Of a DNA stretch of 64,000 bases, positions 40,170 through 55,507 are shown one piece after another. A model generated the notes under the pieces. It saw only the letters and a program-made list of their open reading frames with translations, was not told the DNA's origin and did no database searches. How positions within the stretch are numbered: the stretch's first letter is position 1; every line of letters starts with the position of its first letter. This DNA is from the human T2T-CHM13v2.0 reference genome, Homo sapiens, in assembly GCF_009914755.1 (NCBI RefSeq), contig NC_060932.1, one strand, 5' to 3'. Position numbers and translations under genes: made by a program.

Positions 40170-42448
40170 CATTTCATCAGTATTCCTAGTGATTCTATGA
40201 GTTACCTAATATCCTAGTAATTTTATGTTTTGCTTATATCAGTCATAGTTGGTTTCTGTTTTTTAAAACCAAGACTGATGGGGTTAAACATTCAACATTA
40301 AGCTATTTTTCTGTTTCCCTTAGCCTCTCCATGAACCACAATTTTCACGTGCTGCTGTTCTGAGCTAAGAAATAAATATCTAACAAATGCATTCCCTAAA
40401 GGTTAGATAGCCAGTCCTCACCCTTGGAACCAGGATGTTCAAATAAGGTTTAAGGGTTTTTTTGTTTTTGTTTCTTTTTAAAAGGGCTCTTTTACATGCT
40501 TCCAACTGACATTTATTTTTGTTCAAAGACATTGCTGGAAATAAACCTTCAGTGAACTCCCTCAATTGTTTTTCCCATCAGCACTTTATCTAGGAATTTC
40601 CCAAAGATTCTGATCTCTCAGTAGAATCCTTCACTGGTTACCAACACTAATGTCAGTGTTTTCCCCTTCTATGCATTTGATTTCATTGACTCTTTACTGA
40701 TGATCCAGAAAGTGAGCAGTTTATCTTCCCATACCATCAGATTTTACTATCCACCCATTTAAGTGTGCTGCATAAAGTACCGAGTAAAATAAAAGTATGT
40801 TCTAGCTGCATTTATGCCATGCTTATATATCATGTTAGCTCTTAGATGACTTCCTGACCAGCTCTTGGATGACTATCAGAAAAATAGAAAAAGTCACTCT
40901 ATCTTTTTACCTACTGGGGGGAAAATGTTAAAGCGTGATGTCCCTATTGAAATGGATGCTGGTTTTTATCCTTAAATTTTAAGGGGATGTACATTATAAT
41001 CCCTGAGAATCCAAACCACCTTCTGTAGTTTGACAGTTATAACAAACCAGTGTCTTGTCATTTGCCCAGTGCTTTCTTCTTTGCTCAGAATTTCACCTTG
41101 CTTGCCTCCACTCTGACCTTAAATCAGTCATACTCCTGAAATCTCACCCAAAGGACTTTATAGCCTAGGACCAGTAGGCAATGGAAACCATGCATTCGCT
41201 TCCCCTAACAAAATACCATTTTTGCATTATCTGTGTGGTATTCTCCTTTGCTGCAAACTTTTATTATAACTCAGTTTGTTTATACCATAACAGGTTTCTT
41301 TCTTTATGGAGAAGGATTTCCATATTCCCCAATTATTATACACTATCTAGGAGATAGAAAAGAATCCCCCGATCACCTTAGAGCATTTTTATTAATTCGG
41401 GATTTAAATTCTCATTTCACTATAAGCTCAAGCTCAGTGCTACCTTTTTTCTATTCATTTGCTCATTCAATTTGCATAAGCCATTGACTGACTCGTAAGC
41501 AAGCATGTGCTCTCTAGATTATCCTCTTTGATTTCTTACTGACCCTATTTCTGTTGTTAAACTCTCATTACTAAAAAACATTCACCTTTCTCTTTTTATG
41601 GCAACATTTTAAACAATAAATTTCAAGTTTTGCTTGCATGTCCACCTAAGAAAGAGAAAAAAATAAGAAAAGAAGGCAGAAAAAAAAAGAAAAGAGAAAC
41701 ATCGAAGGTCAGCGTTTCTGTAATCCTAGAAGCAAAGGTTTTCTTAAATTTTTACAAGACAATTTCATAGTTTGATGGTAATTCAGGTAGCATATGTATA
41801 AAAATGCCAAAATGAATTTACTCTCAAAAGATTTTAATCACAGATTCTGACAGTATTTTTAAAAATATTTACAAATGATAGTCCTGCATTTTTAAAAATA
41901 ATTGTCTTTACGAGCAATGCTTTTCTTATTTTTCTTACCCCATAATTCACATTTTTGCTAAGCAATTCACATAATTTTTTATAATGTATTTTAGATACAT
42001 TTTTTACTGCCACTCTGATTTATGAGAAGAGGCAATTTGTAAAACAATCTTAAAATGTTCTAATGATTAAATAAATCACCTTAAATAAGTTGCTTAGACA
42101 AAATTATCTTGCTTGAGACTGAAATCATTTCTGTCCCAGGAAAGGGTTATCACTACTAATGGGTTCATCAGGTTGTCATTGATAGACAATGCTCTCTTTG
42201 CAGTCTGTTTATAGAGGAACACACTGGACGTAATTTATTTTCCCAGGAAAGATTCCTGGTGATGAAAACCAATACGGAAACGCTACAGTTGTCAGAAAGT
42301 GGGAGTAGAAGTGTAGATCAGGTGGCATCAGGGATGTGAGGCCTCCACTTGACCCCATTTCTATGCAGCCTTCACCACTATCCTCAAAGTGGCACTCTGA
42401 GGGACCTACTTCTTCCTCTGCCCAGGTATCATCACTCAACAGTGACAG

Positions 42449-43021
42449 TGCTGAACTTTACCTGAGTTCCACTCTCCTGGAAAACTGCGAAGCTTAAAAA
42501 AAAAAAAAACACCTTCATCATCGGTGTTTCTGAGAACAACTTACTGCAAAGAGGCTTAAGACTCATAATTTTCTGTCTTGTTTACTTATGACAAGGCCGG
42601 ACACAGACCCTCCAAATTTCTAACTCTTGGTCTCATCAATGATTAGCTGAACCGGTTGCCATCATAAATCAACAGGTACAAAATGCTGGTTACCTAAACT
42701 TCTCCCAAGCTCCTCAGCTGTGGCTCACCCTCAGCCTGAGCTGGTGCACACCAGAAAATAGGCTGGCCTCAGGTAAATCACTGTCTGATCTACCAGCTGA
42801 TCATGCTACATAGTCATTTAGCTGTTTCCAGCCTTGTTTACTCCGCTTTCTAAAGAAAAACCCATTTCCCCAGCCTTTGAGTCCTGGTAGATTTCATGTC
42901 ATGGCATTATTCCTATTGCGATAGTTCTCTCCCTGTTTCAAGTCTCTTCCCCACTCCCCTTGCAATACTTTTTTTGGTTAAATCTCTCCTTACTAAGCCT
43001 GTATTTTTTTTTTATTTGACC
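42449..43021 (+). mobile_element. ERV1 LTR (MER90-like)
   Basis: tgctgaactttacctgag..ctcctggaaaac start, gacaaggccggacacagaccctccaaattt, ends ttatttgac. Confidence 0.6.
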
Positions 43022-43031
43022 CCATGGGTTG

Positions 43032-43820
<789 letters not shown>

Positions 43821-44173
43821 ACTGTAAAACTCCACTATGAACAAAGCTAAAATGTAATGGAAACAATATGGTTCCTCTGGCTGCTATTTTCCAACACAAC
43901 TGGGGTTGGGGTGCGGTTAGAAAAGGTGAGGATGCAAGTATAGGGCTAGGTAGGAAAAAGATGAAAACCTCAGCTTGGAAGTCAGGAGCTAGAGGTTAGT
44001 TCTGCACATTCCCAGTTTTCTCCCTTTCCATTTATCATGGAAGCCGCCAATGAAACATGTACCAGCTGACCTGGAGATTCCGCCAATCCTTGCTGAGATC
44101 CTGGAAGCTCCAGCCAGCCGGCCACAGGACCCAGAACTGGCTCCAGCAATATTTAAAGTGGAACAGATGACAA

Positions 44174-44187
44174 CCACCGGGTGGCGC
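44174..44187 (+). promoter_or_regulatory. Candidate CTCF core motif
   Basis: ccaccgggtggcgc has one mismatch to CCASYAGRKGGCRS and lies in a locally CpG-retaining unique patch. Confidence 0.45.
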
Positions 44188-44505
44188 CAAACACTGCCCG
44201 GACAAGGACAGATTTGTGCAACAGTCATGGACCCTTGGTACTGCAGCTTTTAAGCTGACCTGGCTCATACATTGGTTTCATTAGCTACTCAATGATGCTA
44301 GACTGCATGTTAATTTTTGGACCTTACTCGTGTTACAGCCTTAGTGAATTGTATTTATTAAGTACCTTCTGAATGGCAATTCAAATAAACATCAAATAAT
44401 CGTCAGAGAGTTTATATTATCGGGGATTAAGATATGAACCTCTAAAAAGATATGAGAAAAAAGATATGGCAAAATGGTGTATTTTGGGTCCCTTCACTGA
44501 AATTT

Positions 44506-44775
44506 TTTTTTTAACATTTAAAAAAATTCTTATGGGTACATAATAGGTATATATATTTATGGGTTACATGTGATGTTTTGATACAGGCATACAATGTATA
44601 ATAATCAAATTAGGGTAACTGGGGTATCCATCACCTAAAGTCTTCATTATTTCTTTGTTTTAGGGACATTCTAATTTTACTTTTTCAGTTCTTTTAAAAT
44701 ATACAATAAATTACTGTTGACTATAGTCACCTTGTTTTGCTATCAAATACCAGATCTTATTCATTCTAACTATAC
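44506..44775 (-). mobile_element. L1MA (about MA2-3) 3' end
   Basis: tgggtacataataggtatatatatttatggg..acatgtgatgttttgatacaggcat. TSD actgaaattt at 44496 and 44779. Confidence 0.88.
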
Positions 44776-45372
44776 CTGACTGAAATTTGTAGCTGAAATT
44801 TTTGGAAATGTTGACAGGTAGAAGATGGAAGGGGTGAAATCTATTTAAAAGTGAGAAACAATGCTCTTTGCTCTAGAAGTGGAGACTAACTCTTCTTCGG
44901 GAGTTCCTTTCAGGAAAATTATTTGGATGATACTTTTAGTTATGCAAGTGTAATGTAAAAAGACTGCAGGGATGAAGATGTGGGAGAAACTGGCTCAAAG
45001 TAGTTAAATTACTGTGAATAACAATATAGAGTTTGCTTTTGTTGCAGCAAAAGTTGCATATTTAGATGAGTAATTTTATTAAAGCAGTATTTCTCAAACT
45101 TTTCAACAGATCCTCTCTGAGCGATGAATTTTACAGTTTACATTGTGACCAAGTACACAAACACACACCTGTTTCACAATTTCCCTTATCACACACAGGT
45201 CTTGGATAATTTTTATTTATTTTTTTTAATGTCTAAAAAATGCTTACGGTTATTCATTATACTGACTTCAAGAATACCACTGGATTGCAAGCTACCATTT
45301 AAAAAATGTATTGGAGAAATGTTTTCATTTCTAGTGCAGATTTAGAGTGCATTTTATTCCCCATCTTTATGG

Positions 45373-45802
45373 TAACAAAGACTCCCTTCTTGACCAACCC
45401 CTAAACAAGCTTCTTTAAGCGCCGCACCCCAACTACTTTTTTTTTTTTTTTTTTTTTTGACTAGGACCTATCTGAGCCTTGCTCTTAAGAGCCTGGTTTT
45501 AGCAAGAATCTTGCTAAGTCAGTTGGCCAGAACCTTCATCCTCAATATTTGATAACCTGGGCCTGCCTTCAGCAAGAATCCTGCCAAATAGATTTAGCGA
45601 GAATCTCTTATTCCTGACTTTCCATTCACTGACCCCTCACCCTAATCCTTGACTATAAATTCCCACTTTTCACATTATATTAAGAATTGAGCCCAGTTTT
45701 AAACAGAGGTCTCTTTTCCCCTATTACAATAGTCCCTGGTTAAATTGCTTTTTTTTTTTTTTATAACATTTTAACCACTATCCCCCTCTGATGTTCTTTG
45801 AC
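45373..45802 (+). mobile_element. MER31 ERV1 solo LTR
   Basis: taacaaagactcccttcttgaccaa start, repeated agcaagaatc(t/c)tgc motifs, ends tctttgaca. Confidence 0.78.
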
Positions 45803-46174
45803 AGAGAAAGTGTGGGTATTCTTGTTCAAGCAGTTTCTGGTGGGAGATCCAGAAATGACTCACAAACTGCAGGAAGGATGTGTTAGGAAAATGTTCACCT
45901 CCCACTGCTTGACACGCCACAAAACGGGTACTCATCTAGATTCATGACATTCAACCTGAAACATGCCCTGATGTTATTAGAAGTAATTCAAAACATCATG
46001 ATAGTTGACTGGCTTCTTCTGATGAAACAGTGCCTCTGGCATATATAGGAAATCCCTGATAATGTGAGAATTACTGAGAAGGCATAGATCCCAGGACAGA
46101 AATGATGACCGGGAGGGAGGTACCGACTTTGAAGAATGCAGAAATGCTGTGAGAACTTCATAGAGAGTTAGAGT

Positions 46175-47447
46175 TGTGAAGGTTTGCTAAAATCACCGAC
46201 ACGAGGCAGATTGACTAATTGGAGAAAAAACACATCCAAATTTACTTCATGTGTGTATGTTACTGGCGGTGAATCTGTGGGGTCTGTGAATGTTTATGGG
46301 TGTGCAACCTCAATTCTTGCCTCCACAGAAGAAACAATTCAACGGAGGGGCAGAAGGCAGAAGGAGAGACCAAGGCAAGTACTAGAGCCGGAATGAAAGT
46401 TTATTAAGGAGCTCTGGAGCAGAAACAAAAGGAAGGAAGGTACACCTGGAAGAAGGCCAAGTGGGTGACTTGAAAGACAAGTGCATGGTTTGACGTTTTG
46501 ACTTGTGGTTTTATACATTGGCACATTTCCGTGGTCTTGCATTCCTTCTCCCCTGATTCTTCCCTTGGGGTGGGCTGCCTGCATGCCCAATGGCCTAATA
46601 GCACTTGGGAGGGGAGCGTGAACAGTATGTTTACTGGCATTGTACGCATGCTCACCCGAGGTGTTCTTCACTCACCAGCTGAATGTCCCTGGGAGGTCAT
46701 ATACCAGTGAAACTCCACCATTTTGCCTCTTAGCGCACATCCTTGAGCCCACTCTCCCAACTCCTGAGATCTTATCAGGAAGCTGCTGATCACCAGTTTC
46801 AGGTGTTTTCTATCTATAGGGGCACTGCCTTTCCCTGGCACCAATTATTATCTTATAGAGCCAGTTAACAGCTGCATGGCCATCACCTGATTGTTGCCTG
46901 ACCTCCTGGTTGTGGGGAGGGGGCCCTCTCCTGCCCTGCTCATATCTGACTAGCTACCTACTGTAACAAATACTGGGGAGCCTTCAGAATGGAGACCCAA
47001 CTTCCCAGTGAGGTTCAGAAGCTTACATACCATCTCGAGGTTACAGAAAGAATGGGGGCTTGCATCCAGGTAAAACAGGTTGTGGGAGGGGAGGAAGAGG
47101 AATTCCTATTAAGGGGCAATGAATAATTACTAGGTAGAATGATTGGGTCAGGAAACAGAAATTAACTTATAAATAGTACTGTTTGGAGTTTAAATGATCC
47201 CTGGAGACAATCATTATCTTGAAAAAGGATCTATTTAGGTGTGGTCACATCTTGGTCTTCTTTTCTGTGATGGAGAATGCAATAACCAGAAGGAAAGGAG
47301 AACAACTGTTCTTGGTAAGTCAGTCTTATTTTTATGTAGAGAAAAAGTCTCTTCCACTTGTGCTTTTGACCTCTATGGGTTTCTAATTTAAAATACTCAT
47401 TATACCAGGCAGACATATTTTGGGGTGAAATATTCTGATTCCCTTCA
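46175..47447 (-). mobile_element. MER34/LOR1-group ERV1 LTR, split by MER50
   Basis: Reverse complement starts tgaagggaatcagaatatttcaccccaaaatatg. The other end, aaaatcaccgacacgaggcagattga, lies left of MER50. Confidence 0.7.
46258..46968 (-). mobile_element. MER50 ERV1 solo LTR
   Basis: tgttactggcgg...caacctcaattcttgcctcc..agaagaaa...tctgactagctacctactgtaaca. Confidence 0.88.
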
Positions 47448-47780
47448 GGATGAAGTGACCTCTGGCATGTAGAGACAGTGAGGTGAAATGTAAGAGTCCC
47501 TGAGAGTCTGAATCTGGGGTCTCAGAGAGTGGCTTTTCCAAGAAGCATTTTTAGTTCATTCCTTGTTACATTTTCCTTCTTATATTAGTGAAATTTCCAT
47601 AAATTCTTTTCAGAACTTGCAACCCAGTTTACTTAATGCAGTGCAAAATTATCCTAAAGGTCTCTTGCATGCTTTGGATGGAGCAGGAGAGCCTAGAACA
47701 GTGCCTGGGCAACTGAGGCCAGAGAGACTGCAAGAGTGGTGGATACCAACATAGGCTGGCAGTACCTGCTAGTTTTACAG

Positions 47781-48332
47781 TCTCACCAGTGCACCACAAT
47801 GTAGCAGTCTCTCATTGTAAGGTATTACCCAGAGTTCTTTGTCTCACACCCAAGAGAATTAAGGATCATAGCCACAAAGGGTGAGGTTGGAGCAAAAGCT
47901 TAATAATCGAAAGAAGAATGCTCTCTGCCACAGAGAGGGGGCTAGGAAGAGGGTTGCCATTTTTACAGTTGAATGCAAGGCTTTTATAAGAAACTGATGA
48001 AGGCTGCACATCTCATTTGCATAAGGCACAAATTTCAGGTAGATCCACCCCATCTTCCTAATGCACATGTGGGCCTTAGCTTGAGTTACTCCATGATGCT
48101 TTGTTCCTCTTCCTGCACATGTGTCAGGGGATGAAATTTTCCATTGAGGGCATGTCTGAATAAGTTACCTATGTAGCCTTTCTTATCAGTGTGGTTGTGG
48201 GCATGTCTTAGACAAGGCCCCTGTGCAAGTTCCCTTATCTGTGCCTGCAGGCTGTTCTTTTATTTGAAAGAAGTTGACTGAGGACCCACCCTAACTGCCT
48301 GCCTGACTGGTTTCTTCCTTCTTCCTCTTTCA
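47781..48332 (-). mobile_element. MER61-like ERV1 solo LTR with p53 half-sites
   Basis: Reverse complement starts tgaaagaggaagaaggaagaaaccagtcaggcaggcagttagggtgggtcctc. Contains gggcatgtct twice. Confidence 0.72.
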
Positions 48333-48527
48333 CTGGGGCAGTCATCTAGGAAAGGCCAGCCCACTGGCTTCAGGACAGTGTCATGGTAGCTTTATGAGAA
48401 GCTGAAGGAAAAGACATATGGGCCCTTTCCTCAGTGCACAGCAAGCTCTGGGACTTAAATGGGTTTCTGTACTGAAAGGCAGGGGATTCAAGTCACTGTA
48501 ATTTGTACAGTAAATTTAATGTTACTG

Positions 48528-49254
48528 TGTAACTGCCCAAAGGGTTCTCCTTGCCTACTGCCTAGAGAGAGCTGATTTATTAAGAGAGGAACATTCCAAT
48601 AGAGAAAGAGTTTAATTCGCACAACTGGCTGTATAGGAGACTGGAGTTTTATTGTTACTTAAATCAGTCTCCCCCAAAACTCAGGGATCAGGGATTTTAA
48701 GACTAATTTGGTGGGTAGGGAACTAGTGAATTGGGAGTGCTGATTGGGTCAGAGATGAAATAATAAGGTGTCGAAGCTGTTCTTTTGCACTGAGTCAGTT
48801 CCTGGGTGGGGGCCATAAGACCAGATGAGCTAGTTTATCTATCTTGGTGGTGTCAGCTGATCCATTGAGTACAGGGTCTGCAAAATATCTGAAGCACTGA
48901 TCTTAGGTTTTACAATAGTGATGTTATCCCCAGGAGTAATTTGGTGAGGTCCAGAATCTTGCAGCCTCTAGCTGCATGACTCCTAAACCATAATTTCTAG
49001 TCTCATGGCTAATTTGTTAGTTCTGCAAGGGCAGTCTAGTCCTCAGGCAGGAAAGGGGTTTGTTTTGGGAAAGAGCTGCTATTGTCTTTGTCTCCAAGTT
49101 AAACTATAAACTTAGTTCTTCTCAAAGTTAGTTTGGTCTATGTCCAGGAGTGAACAAGGACAGCTTCGAGGTTAGAAACAAGATGGAGTGGGTTAGGTCG
49201 ATCTCTTTCACTGTCATAATTTTCTCAGTTATATTTTTTGCAAAGGCAGTTTCA
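48528..49254 (-). mobile_element. LTR8 solo LTR
   Basis: tgtaactgcccaa..gggttctccttgcc...ttttgcaaaggcagtttca. Perfect 4-bp TSD actg. Confidence 0.9.
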
Positions 49255-49662
49255 ACTGCATTTGCACTTAGAAGCTGGTGAAAAAGCCTGGGCTCTGTGG
49301 TTCTCATGTCTTGGTGCCAAATAAATAGTGTGTTCAGAATTTAAAAGTGCATGATGGGGTCAGCTTACTTGTTTGGATTTGGAATCAGACTATACCACAT
49401 GTCCTTCAACAGAGGAGCACAGGGAAAAACTGCTTTGCCAATGGACTCATGTTCTACACAATACAAGAGGCAGAGTTATAAGGTGAAGACAAACGTGACT
49501 GTGGAAGTTCAGCAATGCAGGCCACCCACACTTTTCAGAACATTTACTACTATCACTGTTATCGTAGCTCCGCTTCAGTGATGCAGGTCAAAAACAGAAG
49601 AACCAATAATATGAAATCTCTTGTGTTTTAGCTTCTGGTACTGAGCTTTGAAAATAAAACCA

Positions 49663-50271
<609 letters not shown>

Positions 50272-50444
50272 GAAAGTAAAACCAAATCCCTAATAGGTAA
50301 GTTTCCAATTTAAGTATTTGCAGTCTCAATTCACAACAGATTACTAATTGAGCCCAGGGGGGAAAAGTCAAGGCTCATTTCTACTAAAATTAAATATAAA
50401 GTTAGGGGGAAAATACTAAAAGCTTAATTAAAGATTTTTCAAAC

Positions 50445-52015
50445 TCTCTAGTGATGTGGTCTGGATTATGGGGACCAACTCTCCCACTGAGAACAACAAA
50501 ATGATAGATTAAAAATTGTGTGATGTCTTAAAAGTATTGAAGATGTGTCAGGTAGAAAAGAATCATCTGGATAAAATCAAGAGAAAGAAAGAACCTGATG
50601 AACTAAGGGAGGACAAGGTCATTTTTGTTGTGAGAACGTTTTTCCACCTAAAAACACTTGACCTTTCCTCTAGATGGTCTCATGGCTTACGGGGAAGGAA
50701 CCCAAAACCGAGAAATACCATAGTTATGGAATCTAAGAGATAACCTTTACACAGTGAGATGGTGCCCCAAAGAGCCATCCTCTCAAAGTAAACATACGCT
50801 AAAAAGAAACCCATTTCCACTCTCAAATCCCACGGGATTTCTAGGAAAGTCGTCTTCATTCTAAGTAATGATTGGAAAGGGATACTGTCACTTGGAAGTT
50901 GTAAAGAAAGTTGTAAAGAAAGCTGAAACTTTTGTGGATTTGGAGCCAAATTGATATCACCTGACTGGCCAAAAAACTCTTTTAAGATCATAAATTTAAT
51001 GTAAAATGTTTGAGAAGAAATAGTTATCTTAGGCATCCTGTGTAGATGCCACAGTGTCTTAGACCTCAAAGAACACTCATGTTTCTCAAAGATGACATAA
51101 CAAAGCACATAAGGAAGCGGAAAACCCTGAGCAAGCAGCATCAAAAGCAAAAGCAAATCGACGAACATCTATCAACACTTCTTACAGGAGAATCATCAGA
51201 TACAGTTTATGAAACATAGATCATAAAAATAGATGATACTATGTACAGAGAAAAAATGACAAACTTGTAGTATCTGTCCAGAAGAGGAAACTATAAAAAG
51301 TAATCTAGCATACCAAAAAAGTGCCAAATAGAAATTCTGAAAATAAAGACTAGATTACAATCTTTGAAATTCAATAACTTAATAGATAGATTTAAAAGCA
51401 AATAAGACACAGTGAAGAGAAAATAAATGAACTGGAAAATAAGTCATAGGAAATTGAATAGAAAGCAGCATACAGAAATGAAAAGATGGAAACATAGAAG
51501 AGAACTTAAGAGATAAGTAAGAGAAAAAGAGCAAATATAATACGTATCTAACTGGAGTTCCTGAAGGAAAGTAGAGAGAAGGGCAGAGTCAATGTATGAA
51601 GATGATGGCTAAGAAATTTCCAGACACAATGAAAAGCATTCAAGAATCCCACTGAATCTCTAGCAAATAATTTTTAAAACATTTTCTATCTGAAGACATT
51701 CTACTAAAAGTGTAGAATGCCAAAGATCGAGATAATTTCTTCATTATAGAAAAAAGAAAAGAAAAAAGAGATATAAAGTGCAACAGTTAGATGTATCATT
51801 GATTTCTTAGCAGCAACAATAAAAATCAGGAGATAATAAAACAATATCTTCAACTTGCTGAAAGAAAAGTACTGCTAATCTCAAAATTCTATGTCCAGAG
51901 ACCCAACCAATTTGAAAGTTTATTTTATATTCAAATGCTCTTAATGAACTTTTTTGAGATCAATCAGGGGAAAGAAAGGAAGTACAAATAACCAATTTTA
52001 GGCATGAAAGATCCT
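50445..52015 (+). mobile_element. Old L1ME/L1M4-type 5' UTR and ORF1 remnant
   Basis: gaagagaaaataaatgaactggaaaataagtca..., atctaactggagttcctgaagga, gatggctaagaaatttccaga. Confidence 0.65.
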
Positions 52016-52021
52016 ATAGAG

Positions 52022-52620
52022 CAGAAGTCAGTGTATTAGTCTGTTCTTCCATTGCTATAAAGAAATACCTGAGACTGGGGTAATTTATAAAGAAAAGAGG
52101 TTTAATTGGCTCACAGTTCTACAGGCTGTACAGGAAGCATGGCAGCATCTGCTCAGCCTCTGGGAAGGCCTCAGGAAACTTACAATCATGGCTGAAGGTG
52201 AACCAGGAACAGATACTTCACATGGTGGGTGCAGGAGCAAGAGAAAGAGCTATGGGGAGGTGCTACACACTTTTACACAACCAGATCTCATGAGAACTCA
52301 CTCACTATCACAGTAAGGGGGTGGTACTAAGGCATTCATGTGAAATCCGCCTCCATGATCCATTTACCTCCCACCAGGCACCACCTCCAACATTAGGGAT
52401 TACAATCCAACGTGAGATTTGGTGGGAACACAGATCCAAACCATGTCAATCAGGAAACTACAGCTTGCATACTTGTTAACTGTTTTTGTGAATATTCATT
52501 TGAACATAACCACATCCATTCACTTATATATTGTCTATGCTGTTTTCACAACAATAGCAGAAATGATTGTGACAGAGAACACAAGGCCTTCAAGCCTAAA
52601 TATTTAATACCTTGTCCTTG
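52022..52620 (+). mobile_element. MER58A (hAT-Charlie), interrupted by MSTA
   Basis: cagaagtcag|gaaacta...ctgtttttgt..ccattcacttatatattgtctatgctg...aagcctaaatattta. Confidence 0.7.
52032..52448 (-). mobile_element. MSTA solo LTR
   Basis: tgtattagtctgttct..ctataaagaaatacctgagactgg...cagatccaaaccatgtca. 5-bp TSD gtcag/atcag. Confidence 0.93.
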
Positions 52621-52982
52621 CTGAGAAATGAGTAAACTTTGTGTATTATAATACATCTCACAAAGAAGAGGTTGTGTGAAAAAACCAAGACCCCAAATAA
52701 TACATAGGAGCACAATTCCATGATACAAATGTCAAAAGTAGACCAAACTACACAACACTGTATAAAGCTGCACATTGAAAACTACAAAGAAAATAGCTCC
52801 CAGAAGAGTGGATTACATTTAGGGTAAGGAAGGATGTTATGTTTAGGAAAAGACTTGTGGGCTATTGTTTGTTAAGGTGTCTTTTGATGATAGCAATGTT
52901 TCATGTCTTGATGTAGGTGGTGGCTATAAGTATGTTTGCTTTATGATTATTACAGTATTATGGGTACATGTATGCTTTCTGT

Positions 52983-53348
52983 ACTATTATGGAATTTTGT
53001 CCCCCTCAAACCCATATGTTCAAGAACTAACCCCCAATGTATTTGGATATAGGGCCTTTAACGAGGTAATTAAGGTTGAATGACATCATAAAGGGGAATC
53101 CCTCATCCAATATGACTGTTGTCCTAATACAAAGAGGAAGAGTCACCAGGGATACATGTGCACAGAGAAAAGGCCATGTGAGAAGGCAGCCATCTATAAG
53201 CCACGGAGAGAGGCCTTAGGAGAAATCGATTTAGCTGGCACCTTGATCTTGGACTTCCTTTCTCTCTAACTGTGAGAAAATAAATTTCTGTTTTTTAAAC
53301 CACCCAGTCTGTGACATTTTGTTATGGCAACCCTAGCAAACTACTGCA
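52983..53348 (+). mobile_element. MLT1A-like MaLR LTR
   Basis: tgtccccctcaaacccatatgtt...gctggcaccttgatcttggacttcc...ttgttatggcaaccctagcaaact. Confidence 0.85.
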
Positions 53349-53468
53349 GGCACATTATTGTTTATATGTTAAATTTCATAATTTTTAAAATGGGGATTTC
53401 CTATAAATTTTATACATGTCACAAAAAGAGAGAGCTGTGTAAGGTCATTTTCTAAATAGCGTTTTTCT

Positions 53469-53817
53469 TTTTTTTTTAATTATACTTTAAGTTTTAGGGT
53501 ACATGTGCACAACGTGCAGGTTTGTTACATATGTATACATGTGCCATGTTGGTGTGCTGCACCCATTAACTCGTCATTTAACATTAGGTATATCTCCTAA
53601 TGCTATCCCTTCCTCCTCCCCAAACCCCACAACGGGCCCCGGTGTGTGATTTTCCCCTTCCTGTGTCCATATGTTCTCATTGTTCAATTCCCACTTATGA
53701 GTGAGAACATGCGGTGTTTGGTTTTTTGTCCTTAAGATAGTTTGCTGAGAATAATGGTTTCCTTAAAAAACGATGAGTTCATGTCCTTTGTAGGGACACG
53801 GATGAAGCTGGAAACCA
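53469..53817 (-). mobile_element. Twin-primed L1PA (about PA4-5) fragment: antisense 3' UTR plus inverted 53763-53819
   Basis: 18-bp TSD tctaaatag(c/t)gtttttct at 53451 and 53818. ggaaacc is present in both orientations across the inversion. Confidence 0.95.
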
Positions 53818-53841
53818 TCTAAATAGTGTTTTTCTAAATAG

Positions 53842-54219
<378 letters not shown>

Positions 54220-55207
54220 GGTCACATGTTTTTGTAAAACTTGCAAACCTAATGTAACCATAATCTATTAAGATTGACCTACTTCACACCTTCCCTCGTG
54301 TCGCTGGGCTGTGTTGGAGTGGCTATAGCATTTGAGGAAACTGACAAGGGACAGCTCTGTGGGGGTTATATTTACTTCGGGTTTAGTGGGACACATTTTT
54401 TTTGGTTCCCAGTCACTTGGGGGTATAATTAAGTTATTGTTAGCCATATAGAGCCATAGCTGATATCATGATACAAATGTTGGTATCATTGTATAAAAGT
54501 GCTCACAGAGAGAGAAGTGAAAGAGAAACAAGTGTGAAATGTTTGAACTGCAAGCTATTCTGGGGGAATTTTTTTCTAATTGTTACCTACATAAAATTGT
54601 AAGTGGTGGATTCTGTTATCACAGCACCTAGAAAAAAACAAGAAGTTGTCTCATATCAAGAATGTATTCATAAGAAACATACAATTATAAAAGCATCACA
54701 CTTTTTTCTTTTTGATAAAAATTGTGCAAAATAGAATGTATCAGAATTCTTATTTGTAAGGCTTAAACCGCTAGCAGTAATACAAACAGCAACTACATTT
54801 GTAAGAGCTTGTATATGAAAAAATCTTGGTAGAAGACTTCCAAATTTGGCCACCATTCTAATAATTTATGAGATGCAACCAACACTGAGTTTTGAAGCAA
54901 AAAGAAACTTTTCTTAACTATCAATAATGAAAAGTATTTTGTCAATGATGCTAACATAAAAACTGATTATCTTTCTGTTTTCTATATAGAGAATGCTATT
55001 TAAAAAAATCTTAGTCATATGGAAAGGCAATGAAATAATATGTAGCAAAAATGCAGAAAAGTCATTAATTACATAGTGTGTCAGGCCATTATTAGTTGTT
55101 ATTTTTTCTGAATTATATAATTTTTTAACATTACATAGATTTGTAATTTGTTGAGATTTTTTTCTCATTCTAAATAGACGCTGTTATACCAAATTTGGCA
55201 TCCATAA

Positions 55208-55507
<300 letters not shown>

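Noticed and set aside
43989-44268. Overlapping ORFs in a GC-richer patch as a micro-gene or exon
   Set aside because: No recognisable homology or convincing splice signals. Better explained as a regulatory patch.
50680-51168. 162-aa hydrophobic ORF with a signal-peptide-like start
   Set aside because: Antisense to an A-rich old L1 5' region, so the hydrophobicity reflects T-richness. No homology recognised.
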